A stretch of DNA of 64,000 nucleotides from an uncultured Micavibrio sp. Lineage in GTDB: Bacteria > Pseudomonadota > Alphaproteobacteria > Micavibrionales > Micavibrionaceae. Below the pieces are notes generated by a model. That model made no database searches. It was not told the DNA's origin and saw only the letters and a program-made list of their open reading frames with translations. The stretch lies in NCBI GenBank assembly GCA_963977125.1, contig CAXBNJ010000008.1, forward strand, positions 4,020 through 68,019. The letters are read 5' to 3'. Of the stretch, positions 1-9,761 are shown piece by piece. A program made the translations under genes and the position numbers. The first letter of the stretch is position 1. Each line of letters opens with the position of its first letter.

Positions 1-1020
1 CATATCCATTGTTTTATCAAGTGGATCACCAATGCGGAATTTATTGAGGCGGATTTTCAGTTTTTCAACTAAACGCTCTGCCACGCCTTCTTCGACCAAA
101 AGGCGCGAGCCTGCGCAGCATACTTGGCCTTGGTTAAACCAAATCGCATCAACCAAACCTTCAACTGCGCCATCCAAATCAGCATCTTCAAACACGATAA
201 ACGGTGATTTACCGCCAAGTTCTAAAGTCAGTTTTTTGTCAGAGCCTGCCGTCGCTTCACGAATGTAACGACCAACCCCTGTTGAGCCTGTAAAGGCGAT
301 TTTCGCAACATCGGGGTGATTAACAATATGCGATCCCGTCTCACCTGCGCCTGTGACAATATTCACGACGCCCGCGGGCAAGCCTGCTTCTGCGCATAAC
401 TCAGCGAAATATAAAGCTGTAAGCGAAGTATATTCAGCCGGTTTTAAAACCACGCAATTTCCTGCAGCAATTGCAGGGGCAATTTTCCATGCCATCATCA
501 ATAAAGGGAAGTTCCACGGTATAACCTGACCAACAACGCCAAGCGCTTCTTGCTCAGGAAATTCTTGATCCATAAGCTGCGCCCAACCGGCGTGATGGTA
601 GAAATGGCGCGCAACAAGCGGCACATCTATATCGCGTGATTCACGAATAGGTTTGCCGTTATCTAAGGTTTCAAGCACCGATATAAAACGGCCCGTCTTT
701 TGAATTAGGCGCGCTAATGTATACATGAATTTGGCACGTTCATGACCGAGCAGGCCTGACCATTTTGGGAAAGCTTTTGCTGCAGCATTTACCGCAGCAT
801 CAACATCAGCTTTTCCTGCGACGGATACTTTGCCTAAATAGCTACCATCTGCTGGATTATGGCTTTCAATAAAGTTTTCACCTTCAATAGGGCTCACCCA
901 TTTTCCGTCGATGAATAATTTAAACCCATCTTTATGTGCGCCTAACCATTCATGCACATAATCAGATTGTTCTGGCGCAGGGCCGTAAGACATTGTTTCG
1001 TATATTTCTGCAATACTCAT
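1..1020 (-). CDS. NAD(P)-dependent aldehyde dehydrogenase, N-terminal ~340 aa (3' end lies beyond the window)
   Basis: My own minus-strand translation from ATG 1020 (MSIAEIYETMSYGPAPEQSD...) stays open to position 1. It contains the ALDH blocks FTGSTGVGR and LELGGKSP and the catalytic-Cys block NQGQVCCAGSR. It is missing from the ORF track because it has no stop inside the window. Confidence 0.85.
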   Translation of the reverse strand, partial: MSIAEIYETMSYGPAPEQSDYVHEWLGAHKDGFKLFIDGKWVSPIEGENFIESHNPADGSYLGKVSVAGKADVDAAVNAAAKAFPKWSGLLGHERAKFMYTLARLIQKTGRFISVLETLDNGKPIRESRDIDVPLVARHFYHHAGWAQLMDQEFPEQEALGVVGQVIPWNFPLLMMAWKIAPAIAAGNCVVLKPAEYTSLTALYFAELCAEAGLPAGVVNIVTGAGETGSHIVNHPDVAKIAFTGSTGVGRYIREATAGSDKKLTLELGGKSPFIVFEDADLDGAVEGLVDAIWFNQGQVCCAGSRLLVEEGVAERLVEKLKIRLNKFRIGDPLDKTMDM

Positions 1021-1030
1021 GTGATTAATC

Positions 1031-2038
1031 CTAAGCTATGGGATGGCGGTGGGCGGCGGAATAACGGCCGGTAACAAAATGTTCAAGCTGGCGTTCAATA
1101 TCACCAAGCAAGCTTGATGCGCCGAAGCGGAATAGATGCGGCTGCAACCATTCATCACCAAGTTCTTCTTTAATTAAAACCAGATACTGCAAAGCAATTT
1201 TTGATGTGCTAATGCCACCGGCTGGCTTATAGCCAACAATCTGCCCTGTTTTCTCGTAAAAATCGCGGATCATGCGGATCATCACCAGCGATACGGGCAA
1301 GGTTGCGTTAACGCTTTCCATGCCTGTTGATGTTTTAATAAAATCAGAGCCAGCCATCATACAAACCATAGAGGCTTTGGCGACTTTAGTAATTGACCCT
1401 AATTGACCCGTTGCCAAAATCGCTTTCATATGCGCATCGCCACAGGCTTCACGATAGAGTTTAACTTCGTCATAAAGCGCCTGCCAATTGCCTGTAAGCA
1501 CATGGCGGCGTGAGATAACAATATCAATTTCCTCAGCGCCAGCGGCGACCGAAGCGCGAATTTCAGCAAGGCGCGTTTCAAGCGGCGCTAAGCCTGCGGG
1601 AAAGCCTGTTGATACGGCGGCGACAGGAATGCCGCTGCCTTTTAAGGCATCGACAGCGGTTTCAACCATTTCGTGATAAACACAAACCGCGCCTGTGGTG
1701 AGGTTTTGATCTGCAAAGCCAAGCGATTCTAATATATCAGGGCGCACAGGGTTGCGCGCTTTAGCGCATAAACGGCGAACGCGGCCCGATGTATCATCAC
1801 CAGAAAGCGTGGTTAAATCGATGCAAGAGATCGCTTTTAACAGCCATGCGGCTTGATAGTCTTTTTTCACCGAGCGGCGATTATTTAAGCTTGCAATGCG
1901 GCGATCAACGGCTGATTTATTGACTTTGATTTCATCAACCCAGCTTGGGTTAAAATCGCAGCCTTCAACGCGCTTGAAACTGTTATGCAATAATTGAACA
2001 TTATCTTTCATTACTTCCTCAGCTTTCATCTTATTCAT
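1031..2038 (-). CDS. deoC: deoxyribose-phosphate aldolase (long, ~330-aa form)
   Basis: Class I aldolase (DERA) blocks CIDLTTLSGDDT and GAVCVY, with the Schiff-base lysine context SDFIKTSTG. It lies 8 bp after the deoB stop and 10 bp before the ALDH start, so the three genes form one operon. Confidence 0.85.
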   Translation of the reverse strand: MNKMKAEEVMKDNVQLLHNSFKRVEGCDFNPSWVDEIKVNKSAVDRRIASLNNRRSVKKDYQAAWLLKAISCIDLTTLSGDDTSGRVRRLCAKARNPVRPDILESLGFADQNLTTGAVCVYHEMVETAVDALKGSGIPVAAVSTGFPAGLAPLETRLAEIRASVAAGAEEIDIVISRRHVLTGNWQALYDEVKLYREACGDAHMKAILATGQLGSITKVAKASMVCMMAGSDFIKTSTGMESVNATLPVSLVMIRMIRDFYEKTGQIVGYKPAGGISTSKIALQYLVLIKEELGDEWLQPHLFRFGASSLLGDIERQLEHFVTGRYSAAHRHPIA

Positions 2039-2046
2039 ACCCTTCC

Positions 2047-3270
2047 CTATTCGTCTTGCAAAAAGGACACGCCAAATGGCATAGGCTCTAGACCTAAATG
2101 CACAGCAAGGCTGGTTCCAATATCTGCAAAGGTTTCTCTCTTCCCGATTGAACCGGGTTTAACTTTAGGGCCAAAGGCAATCACAGGCACATTTTCACGC
2201 GTGTGATCTGATCCTGGCCATGTTGGATCGCAGCCATGGTCAGCTGTCAGCACCACAACATCATCAGGGCGAAGCGCCGCTTGCAAGCGTGGTAAGTTAC
2301 GGTCAAATTCTTCTAATGCTGCAGCATAACCAATTACGTCACGGCGATGGCCATAGAGCATATCAAAGTCAACAAAATTGGCAAAAACAAGCGCATTGTC
2401 ATTGGCTTTTTCAACATGTTCCATCATCACATCAAAAATTTGTGCATTGCCGTGCGCTTTGTATTTTTGGGTAATGCCTTGATGCGCAAAAATATCAGCA
2501 ATTTTACCAATAGAAATCACTTCACCGCCGGCCTGCGCTATCTTATCAAGCAATGTTGGCGCAGGTGGCAGCACGGATAAATCACGGCGGTTACCTGTGC
2601 GCTCAAAATTGCCCACGCTCTCCCCAATAAACGGACGCGCAATAACGCGGCCAATATTATATTCATCAACAAGCTTACGCGCGACCGCGCAAACCTCAAG
2701 CAAGCGCTCTAAACCAAAATGCGTTTCATGTGCAGCAATTTGCAGCACAGAATCTGATGAGGTATAGACGATTAACTTGCCTGTTTTAATATGTTCTTCG
2801 CCGTATTTATCAATAATTTCTGTGCCTGAAGCATGACAATTACCAACTATGCCATTTAAATCGCATTGCTCAACCAAGTCAGATACAAGCTTTTCAGGGA
2901 AGCTTGGCACTTCTTTGGGGAAGTAACCCCAATCAAACTCAACAGGAACGCCCGCCATTTCCCAGTGACCGCTTGGTGTGTCTTTGCCTTTGCTGAGCTC
3001 CGCTGCAAAACCGTATTTACCAGTGATCTCCGTGGCTTTTTCAATAGGCAGGTCATGACCGGCGGATTCTTCACCCGCAAGGCCAAGGCCAAGCTTCATC
3101 ATGTTGGGGATATGCAAAGCGCCAGAGCGCACGCCGTCTTTATCGGCTTTACCCAGCGCGCATTGTTCAGCGATATGGCCAAAGGTATTTGACCCCACAT
3201 CACCGAAATCGGCCGCGTCATCAGTTTCACCAACACCAAAAGAATCCAAAACAACTATAATTGCGCGCAA
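2047..3270 (-). CDS. deoB: phosphopentomutase
   Basis: Blocks [10 protein letters not shown] and [12 protein letters not shown] prefer TTG 3270, which has AGGAGA 6 nt upstream and gives [12 protein letters not shown], like the E. coli DeoB N-terminus. The track ATG 3312 is the alternative. Confidence 0.88.
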   Translation of the reverse strand: MRAIIVVLDSFGVGETDDAADFGDVGSNTFGHIAEQCALGKADKDGVRSGALHIPNMMKLGLGLAGEESAGHDLPIEKATEITGKYGFAAELSKGKDTPSGHWEMAGVPVEFDWGYFPKEVPSFPEKLVSDLVEQCDLNGIVGNCHASGTEIIDKYGEEHIKTGKLIVYTSSDSVLQIAAHETHFGLERLLEVCAVARKLVDEYNIGRVIARPFIGESVGNFERTGNRRDLSVLPPAPTLLDKIAQAGGEVISIGKIADIFAHQGITQKYKAHGNAQIFDVMMEHVEKANDNALVFANFVDFDMLYGHRRDVIGYAAALEEFDRNLPRLQAALRPDDVVVLTADHGCDPTWPGSDHTRENVPVIAFGPKVKPGSIGKRETFADIGTSLAVHLGLEPMPFGVSFLQDE

Positions 3271-3494
3271 CGTCACTCTCCTAAAAAACCAAACGCTGTT
3301 TATAAAGCTCAATGAACAAGCCTATTAACAGCCGAACTGGTCGATAATTTTATCTATACGTTAGAATTTAGTTCACAAACACAGATATGTTTGTATGATC
3401 GAACCAAGTTAAACGTATAGTCCTTTATTTATATGGAGGCGATCATACGCCATTTAGAAAAATATTTCTATAGTCTTATTCAGGAGCAGACCAG

Positions 3495-4319
3495 ATGATA
3501 AAACAAGAGATCGAAAGAAGCGTTGCCGCCATTAAAGCGCAACATAAAGGCGCTTTCCCAAAAACAGCGATTATCCTTGGCAGTGGCCTTGGTAGCTTTG
3601 GCGAAAAAATGGATATCGAAACCACCATTACTTACGATAAAATCCCTGATTTCCCACAGCCAACCGTCGAAGGTCACGCGGGCAAATTATTGATCGGTAC
3701 TGTTGGCCGTACGCCAATTGTTTGTATGCAAGGTCGTATGCATCTTTATGAAGGTCACCCAGCCGCGCAGCTTGCTATCTCAATCCGCACCTTTAGAAAG
3801 CTCGGCGTTGAAACGCTGATCATCACTAATGCGGCCGGTAGCCTACGCATGAATATGCCAGCCGGCTCTATCATGCGCATTGAAGACCACGTCAACATGT
3901 CTGGCTTTAACCCGTTAATTGGCCCGAATGACAATGATTTCGGCCCACGCTTCTTTGATATGAGCGACGCGTATGACAAAGAATTGCAAGACCGCATGTG
4001 CAAAGCTGCACGCAATGTTGATGTACATTTACATCACGGTACATACGTACAATTCTCAGGCCCGAACTTTGAAACCCCCGCTGAGATCAGAATGCTTGGT
4101 AAACTTGGCCTTGATGCGGTTGGTATGTCCACCGTACAAGAATGCCTTGTCGCACGCCATTGCGGCATGAAAGTCGCTGGCCTATCGCTGATTACTAATC
4201 TGGGCGCTGGCCTCGCTGGCCACGCATTGTCTCACGCTGAGACCCTAAGCGAAGGCGAAAAAGCCTATGGCAGCATCAGCAAAGTCCTTGTTGAATTTAT
4301 TGACGGACTTTCTGATTAA
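3495..4319 (+). CDS. purine nucleoside phosphorylase (trimeric PNP/MTAP family)
   Basis: 274 aa with blocks ILGSGLG, MQGRMHLYEG and DAVGMSTVQE. AGGAG lies 8 nt upstream of the ATG. The gene is divergent from the deo operon. Confidence 0.85.
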   Translation: MIKQEIERSVAAIKAQHKGAFPKTAIILGSGLGSFGEKMDIETTITYDKIPDFPQPTVEGHAGKLLIGTVGRTPIVCMQGRMHLYEGHPAAQLAISIRTFRKLGVETLIITNAAGSLRMNMPAGSIMRIEDHVNMSGFNPLIGPNDNDFGPRFFDMSDAYDKELQDRMCKAARNVDVHLHHGTYVQFSGPNFETPAEIRMLGKLGLDAVGMSTVQECLVARHCGMKVAGLSLITNLGAGLAGHALSHAETLSEGEKAYGSISKVLVEFIDGLSD

Positions 4320-4345
4320 TTAGCCTGACTAAACATGTACAAATA

Positions 4346-4383
4346 AAAAGCCCCCTGTTTAAACAATAGGGGGCTTTTTTTAT
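4346..4383. terminator. bidirectional rho-independent terminator
   Basis: AAGCCCCCT (4348-4356) pairs with AGGGGGCTT (4368-4376). It has an A-run upstream and a T-run downstream, and sits between the convergent PNP and cusA genes. Confidence 0.8.
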
Positions 4384-4402
4384 AGGATATCATAAAGCTA
4401 AC

Positions 4403-7400
4403 CTAGCCTTCCTCTCTATATTCGCTCGCGCGTTTCGGCAGTTTAAGCTGCGCTTGCATATACACCGCATAGACAACCGGAATAAGGATCAGCGTTAAAA
4501 TTAATGTCGAAATCATGCCGCCAACCATGGGCAGCGCGATGCGGCGCATAACGTCAGCGCCAGGGCCATCCGTGAGGAAAATTGGGATAAGGCCGAGTAT
4601 AATTGTACTGACGGTCATTAATTTCGGGCGCAGGCGCTGCAATGCGCCATGGCGAACATTCTCGATTAAGTCTTCGAAAAACACTGGCCAATGGTCGCGC
4701 ATTTCATGGTCAATATAGATCAGCATGACAATGGCGGTTTCTACCGCTATCCCCGCCAGAGCAATAAAGCCCACGGCCACGGCTACAGATATATTATAAT
4801 CCGCAAACCACAGCCACCACACACCACCAATTACGCCAAACGGCACAGAGAGCATGATTAACAAAGTACGATCCCAGCGCCCAAAATGTAAATAGAGCAG
4901 GGTAATAATGATCAGCAACGTTGCAGGAATAGCAATTTTTAGACGCGCATTGGCTTCTTGCATTTGTTCAAATTGCCCCGCGAGGTTCACTGTATAGCCT
5001 TGCGGTAAATTAATGGTTTTTAAAACCGCAACTAAATCATCAATATAAGAGCCAATATCACGATCACCGACATCAACAAACACCCAGCCATTGAGCCGTG
5101 CATCTTCTGATTTAATCATTGATGGCCCTTCTGTGAAGCCAATCGTCGCCAAATCCGCCAAGGGTATTTGCGCTCCTGTGCTGCTCGGCACTAGAATATT
5201 ATCCAGATCATTTATATGCTCACGAAAGGGGCGATCATAGCGCAGCATAACAGGGTATCGCGCCCGCCCTTCAATCACTTCATCAAGAGCCATCCCCCCT
5301 AAAGCGGTTTGAATAACCAATTGCACGGTTTTTAGCGATATACCGTGGCGCGCAATTTCTCGCCTATTGGGTATGATTTCAATATATTTACCGCCAACAA
5401 CGCGATCAGCAATCGCGCTTCTCGTACCTTTCACATCGCGCGCGAGGGCTTCAACCTCTTTGGCGATTACATCAATCACACTCAAATCTGATCCTGCGAC
5501 TTTAACGCCAACGGCTGTACGAATGCCTGTTGTCAGCATATCCAAGCGGGTTTTAATCGGGTAGCCCCAGCTATTCATCATACCGGGCAAGCTGACGCGC
5601 TTATTCATCTCAGCAATCAATTTTTCAGGCGTCATGCCAGAGCGCCACTCCGTGCGTGGTTTTAGCTCCACCCATGTTTCAATCATCGCGAGCGGCGCAG
5701 GATCAGTTGCGGTGTCTGCGCGCCCTGCTTTACCAAAAGCATGTTCGACTTCAGGAAAGGTCATGATTTGGCGATTAGTGATTTGCAATATTTCCCGCGC
5801 TTTAGTAATCGACACACCCGGCAAAGTCATTGGCATATACAGCAAGCTGCCTTCATAAAGCGGCGGCATAAATTCATGGCCGAGCTTTGAGGCGGGAAAA
5901 GCCGTGCTTATCAAAGCGAGCAAAGCCAGAACTATCGTCACTTTACGCCATTTTAATGCAGCATTAAGGCAGGGGCGATAGAGCGCAATAAAGAAGCGGT
6001 TAAGTGGGTTGTCTTCCTCCCGCCGTATTTTGCCCTTAATCAACCAGATCATGAGGACGGGTACAACGCTAATCGAAAGCAGCGCTGCGGCCGCCATTGC
6101 ATAAGTTTTTGTATAAGCAAGCGGCGTAAACAAGCGCTCTGATTGCCCCGTTAGTGCGAACACGGGTAGAAAAGATACGGTGATAATCAACAGCGAGAAA
6201 AACAGCCCCGGCCCGACTTCTTTGGCCGCATGGATTAAAGCTTCTTCACGCTGCTTTTTACTTGCCGTGAGGGGTAAATTGCCAAGTTTCCTATGGGCAT
6301 TTTCAACCATCACAATCGAGGCATCGACCATCGCGCCTATGGCAATCGCAATGCCGCCAAGGGACATGATATTGGCGGTAATGCCTTGCGCTGACATAAT
6401 CATGAATGCCGCTAATATCCCTAAGGGGATCGTAATAATCGACACAAAGGCACTACGTGCATGCAACAAGAATAAAAAGATAACAAGCCCCACCATCAGG
6501 CTTTCTTCGATCAGCTTATGCTTTAAATAATCAACGGAGCCTTTAATTAAAGTACTGCGGTCATAAACAACTTTGATTTCAACGCCGCTTGGCAGGCCTT
6601 GTTTTATCGTTTCAAGGCGCGCCTTTATTGATTCAATAACATCCAAAGCATTGGCGCCAGGGCGCATAACAACAATGCCACCAACCGCTTCGCCGACACC
6701 GTTTAATTCTGTCACGCCGCGCCGCAATGCGGGGCCTTCAACAACCCGTGCAACATCACCAATAGTAATCGGCGTGCCATCAACGACTTTTAAAACCGCC
6801 ATCATCAGGTCTTCAGCTTTGCTGACATAGCCAAGCGATCGGATAAGATATTCACTTTCCGCCATTTCCAAGGTTCGACCGCCCGTTTCTTGGTTCGCGC
6901 CACGCACAGCATCTATCACCATTGGCAAGCCAACATCAAAAGCCCGTAATTTATTCGGGTCAACAAGCACTTGATATTCTTTAACAAAGCCGCCAACACT
7001 CGCCACTTCTGAAACGCCGTCTAAAGACGCTAATTCATAGCGGATAAACCAGTCTTGCAGTCCGCGTAATGCCCCTAAATCATTCTGGCCTGTGCGGTCA
7101 AATACTGCATATTGAAATACCCAGCCGACACCAGTGGCATCGGGGCCTAACTCTGGTTTTGCGCCTTCTGGCAGGGCCGAGCTGACTTGCGAGAGCGCCT
7201 CTAACACGCGGCTACGCGCCCAATACATATCTGTCTTATCTTCAAAGATAATATAAACAAACGATGTGCCAAACATCGAAAAGCCGCGCACGACTTTAGT
7301 ATTTGGCAGGCCGAGCATTTGCGTTGATAGCGGGAAGGTCACTTGATCTTCGATCACTTGCGGCGCTTGGCCTTGCCAGTCCGTGCGAATAATCACTTGC

Positions 7401-7585
7401 GTATCCGATAAATCAGGAATCGCATCAAGCGGGATATTACGCATTGATACACTACCCGCCACCAATAACGCCAAAGCGGCCAGCATCACAAAGAAACGAT
7501 TAGCCACCGACCAATCAATAATTTTAGCGACAAGGCTTAAACTTGGATCATGCGCAAGCTGCGCCTTTTGATTAATGTTGTCCAT
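4403..7585 (-). CDS. cusA: CusA/CzcA-family heavy-metal efflux RND permease
   Basis: Collinear with E. coli CusA from the N-terminus (IIDWSVANRF, PDLSDTQVII, GPDATGVGWVFQY). ATG 7585 has AGGAGG upstream and overlaps the cusB stop by 14 nt. The track start at 7654 is an in-frame extension into cusB. Confidence 0.9.
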   Translation of the reverse strand: MDNINQKAQLAHDPSLSLVAKIIDWSVANRFFVMLAALALLVAGSVSMRNIPLDAIPDLSDTQVIIRTDWQGQAPQVIEDQVTFPLSTQMLGLPNTKVVRGFSMFGTSFVYIIFEDKTDMYWARSRVLEALSQVSSALPEGAKPELGPDATGVGWVFQYAVFDRTGQNDLGALRGLQDWFIRYELASLDGVSEVASVGGFVKEYQVLVDPNKLRAFDVGLPMVIDAVRGANQETGGRTLEMAESEYLIRSLGYVSKAEDLMMAVLKVVDGTPITIGDVARVVEGPALRRGVTELNGVGEAVGGIVVMRPGANALDVIESIKARLETIKQGLPSGVEIKVVYDRSTLIKGSVDYLKHKLIEESLMVGLVIFLFLLHARSAFVSIITIPLGILAAFMIMSAQGITANIMSLGGIAIAIGAMVDASIVMVENAHRKLGNLPLTASKKQREEALIHAAKEVGPGLFFSLLIITVSFLPVFALTGQSERLFTPLAYTKTYAMAAAALLSISVVPVLMIWLIKGKIRREEDNPLNRFFIALYRPCLNAALKWRKVTIVLALLALISTAFPASKLGHEFMPPLYEGSLLYMPMTLPGVSITKAREILQITNRQIMTFPEVEHAFGKAGRADTATDPAPLAMIETWVELKPRTEWRSGMTPEKLIAEMNKRVSLPGMMNSWGYPIKTRLDMLTTGIRTAVGVKVAGSDLSVIDVIAKEVEALARDVKGTRSAIADRVVGGKYIEIIPNRREIARHGISLKTVQLVIQTALGGMALDEVIEGRARYPVMLRYDRPFREHINDLDNILVPSSTGAQIPLADLATIGFTEGPSMIKSEDARLNGWVFVDVGDRDIGSYIDDLVAVLKTINLPQGYTVNLAGQFEQMQEANARLKIAIPATLLIIITLLYLHFGRWDRTLLIMLSVPFGVIGGVWWLWFADYNISVAVAVGFIALAGIAVETAIVMLIYIDHEMRDHWPVFFEDLIENVRHGALQRLRPKLMTVSTIILGLIPIFLTDGPGADVMRRIALPMVGGMISTLILTLILIPVVYAVYMQAQLKLPKRASEYREEG

Positions 7586-8789
7586 CTGCGCCTCCTTGGA
7601 TTTCTGGCGCTGCATTATTATCCGCCGCAGGCATTGGAGCGCTTCCATGATCATGCCCCATCGCCGCCATGCCGCCTTTTAAGTTACTTTCAGCATCGAG
7701 CATAAATTGTCCTGAATGCACAATTTTCTGCCCCGCACTTAAACCACTAACTATCTCACTAAAGCCATTTGCAGTAATGCCGATTTCTACCATAACAGGG
7801 CGGAACGACCCTTCACCAAGATCTTCAATAACATATGCGCCCATAGCGCCATAAAGCACGGCTTCGGCAGGTACAGAAAGGCGTTGCTGCGCATCTGCAG
7901 CAAAAACCGCATCAACATAGCTGCCCGTTTTTAAATGCCCCTCAGGATTATCAAGAGCAAGACGCACTATCACAGTGCGGCTTGTCGGATCAGCATTAGG
8001 GTGAATAAACTCAATAGCACTGGCAAAGCGCTCCCCCGTTTCGGGCAGGATAATTTCAGCAGGCGTATTTAGTGATAAGAACTCCGCATCACGCAGCGCT
8101 ACATCAACATTCACCCATATTTTTGAAAAATTTTGCAGCTTCATAATGCTACCGCCTGCAACAACATGCGCGCCTTTGCGAACATTAAGCGCCGTCACTG
8201 TGCCATCCACCGCCGCATAAAATGGCGTTGATTCCAAAAATGCGTTTTTTGATTTTAATGCTGCAATGGCGCGTTTATCCATGCCATAAAGGCGTAAACG
8301 CTGTTCAGCGTCACCAATGCGGCGCCCTGCCAAAAAATCGGATTGCGCTTCCATAAGCTCAGGACTGTAATAACTATAGAGCAGGTCACCTTTTTTCACG
8401 CGATCGCCCACAGCGCTAACGGGTAAGTCAACAATCCAACCTTGCGCGCGCGCATCAATGGCTTGTTCAAGGCGCGTATTGGCGGCTAAACGCCCAAAAG
8501 ATCGAATATGGCGACCAAATATATGATGATCAACAATCGCTGTTTTCACGCCAAGGGCTTGAATATAGGACGGGTCAATTGCGAAACTTCCATCTGCTTG
8601 TAATTCAGATTCAGACGGTGGCGCCATATCATCAAATTGCGGCACAAGCGTCATGCCACATATAGGGCAAGCACTGCCTTCTGGCCCGCTTATATGCGGA
8701 TGCATCGGGCAAATATTTAAAGGCTCAGCTGCGAATGCAGGCGGCATAGAGATACATAAAAATAGAAATAGTAAAATGAAAACACGCAT
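7572..8789 (-). CDS. cusB: efflux RND periplasmic adaptor (CusB-like) with N-terminal heavy-metal-binding domain
   Basis: Signal peptide, Cys-rich metal-binding module CPMHPHISGPEGSACPICGMTLVP, an HlyD/MFP-type core, and a His/Met-rich C-terminal tail (GMAAMGHDHGSAPMP). Confidence 0.85.
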   Translation of the reverse strand: MRVFILLFLFLCISMPPAFAAEPLNICPMHPHISGPEGSACPICGMTLVPQFDDMAPPSESELQADGSFAIDPSYIQALGVKTAIVDHHIFGRHIRSFGRLAANTRLEQAIDARAQGWIVDLPVSAVGDRVKKGDLLYSYYSPELMEAQSDFLAGRRIGDAEQRLRLYGMDKRAIAALKSKNAFLESTPFYAAVDGTVTALNVRKGAHVVAGGSIMKLQNFSKIWVNVDVALRDAEFLSLNTPAEIILPETGERFASAIEFIHPNADPTSRTVIVRLALDNPEGHLKTGSYVDAVFAADAQQRLSVPAEAVLYGAMGAYVIEDLGEGSFRPVMVEIGITANGFSEIVSGLSAGQKIVHSGQFMLDAESNLKGGMAAMGHDHGSAPMPAADNNAAPEIQGGADGQH

Positions 8790-8837
8790 AATAAATCCTT
8801 CGTCTTTTAGGAAAAAACCAATAAGAAGAAGGACGGA

Positions 8838-9245
8838 CTAGATACGTAATCTTTGTGTTGTCAGGATAATAGCGGAAGAGCGCTTATAAGCCTCACCCCA
8901 TTCATGAGGCGGGCCGCGGATAAAGCGTGATTTTTGCAATAACGCCGCTTGATGATCAAATAAATCAATAAAGCCGTAATCAACAGAATCAAGCGCGGCA
9001 AATGGTTGAATATCGCTCGCAACATCATTTAAAAACAAATCAATGCCCATACAATCAAGCGCGAGCATCGGCCCGCCACTTTTATCGCTCGTCTTGTTGT
9101 GGCACGGCATGTCAGCGGGCATATCCGCCGCGCTCATAGTGGTTTGAACCTGTTGCATTGGACAATAAGTCATCGCACACGCCAAAGACGGCGTGAGCAT
9201 AACCAACATTAAAAATCCAAATAAAAACTGTCTCATAAACATCAT
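8838..9245 (-). CDS. hypothetical secreted Met/Cys/His-rich protein; first gene of the cus operon
   Basis: Signal peptide ending LACA. The mature N-terminus is MTYCPMQQVQTTMSAADMPADMPCHNK. It lies 48 bp upstream of cusB on the same strand. No family recognised. Confidence 0.55.
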   Translation of the reverse strand: MMFMRQFLFGFLMLVMLTPSLACAMTYCPMQQVQTTMSAADMPADMPCHNKTSDKSGGPMLALDCMGIDLFLNDVASDIQPFAALDSVDYGFIDLFDHQAALLQKSRFIRGPPHEWGEAYKRSSAIILTTQRLRI

Positions 9246-9354
9246 GATACACTATTCGGTTAAAAAATGGATAAAGTTTCTAGATAAGGCGCTAAAATAT
9301 TTTTTTTGAAGACGCAAACACCAGACATAAACGAGCGCTGACGAGCACTTCAAA

Positions 9355-9383
9355 TTGTAATAAGAAACAATATCCGCTATAAT
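9355..9383 (+). promoter_or_regulatory. sigma70-like promoter
   Basis: TTGTAA (9355-9360), 17 nt, TATAAT (9378-9383). The predicted TSS falls at or within a few nt of ATG 9390. Confidence 0.4.
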
Positions 9384-9389
9384 TAATGC

Positions 9390-9740
9390 ATGGAAACACA
9401 AGGTGATAAAGATAGCGGTAAATCGATTTTTCTGTCATTGGCAGTGTTATTTGCTTTAATCGTCACCTTTTCATATGTAGCGATATATCCTGACATATCG
9501 ACTGATGGGAAATATTCAGAATATGCCATTTTATTCCCGCCAAATACGAAGAACACAGAAGCACTCAACCATATTACTCGCGCAGGGGGAAAACCTGTAC
9601 GCGGCACTAAATTTGAATTTCTTATGATTGCAGTATCAAAAAACCCTGAATTTAAAAAACAGCTAAAGAAACAAGGTGCTTTATTTTTGTTTAATCCTAT
9701 AATACTGGGAGGCTGCTACATAGAAAAAAAGGCCGCTTAA
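9390..9740 (+). CDS. hypothetical single-pass membrane protein (possibly leaderless)
   Basis: 116-aa ORF with one TM helix (IFLSLAVLFALIVTFSYVAIY). It has no SD sequence, and a TATAAT box ends 6 nt upstream of the ATG. Confidence 0.4.
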   Translation: METQGDKDSGKSIFLSLAVLFALIVTFSYVAIYPDISTDGKYSEYAILFPPNTKNTEALNHITRAGGKPVRGTKFEFLMIAVSKNPEFKKQLKKQGALFLFNPIILGGCYIEKKAA

Positions 9741-9761
9741 GAAATATAAGGATTACAAATT

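Noticed and set aside
32-268. 78-aa plus-strand ORF at the window start.
   Set aside because: It lies antisense within the clearly conserved aldehyde dehydrogenase reading frame (LELGGKSP and catalytic Cys blocks).
4515-7571. Seven plus-strand ORFs of 62-116 aa inside cusA.
   Set aside because: All are antisense to a CusA frame conserved from end to end. They are Ser/Pro/Ala/Ile/Thr-rich, typical antisense translations of a membrane-protein gene.
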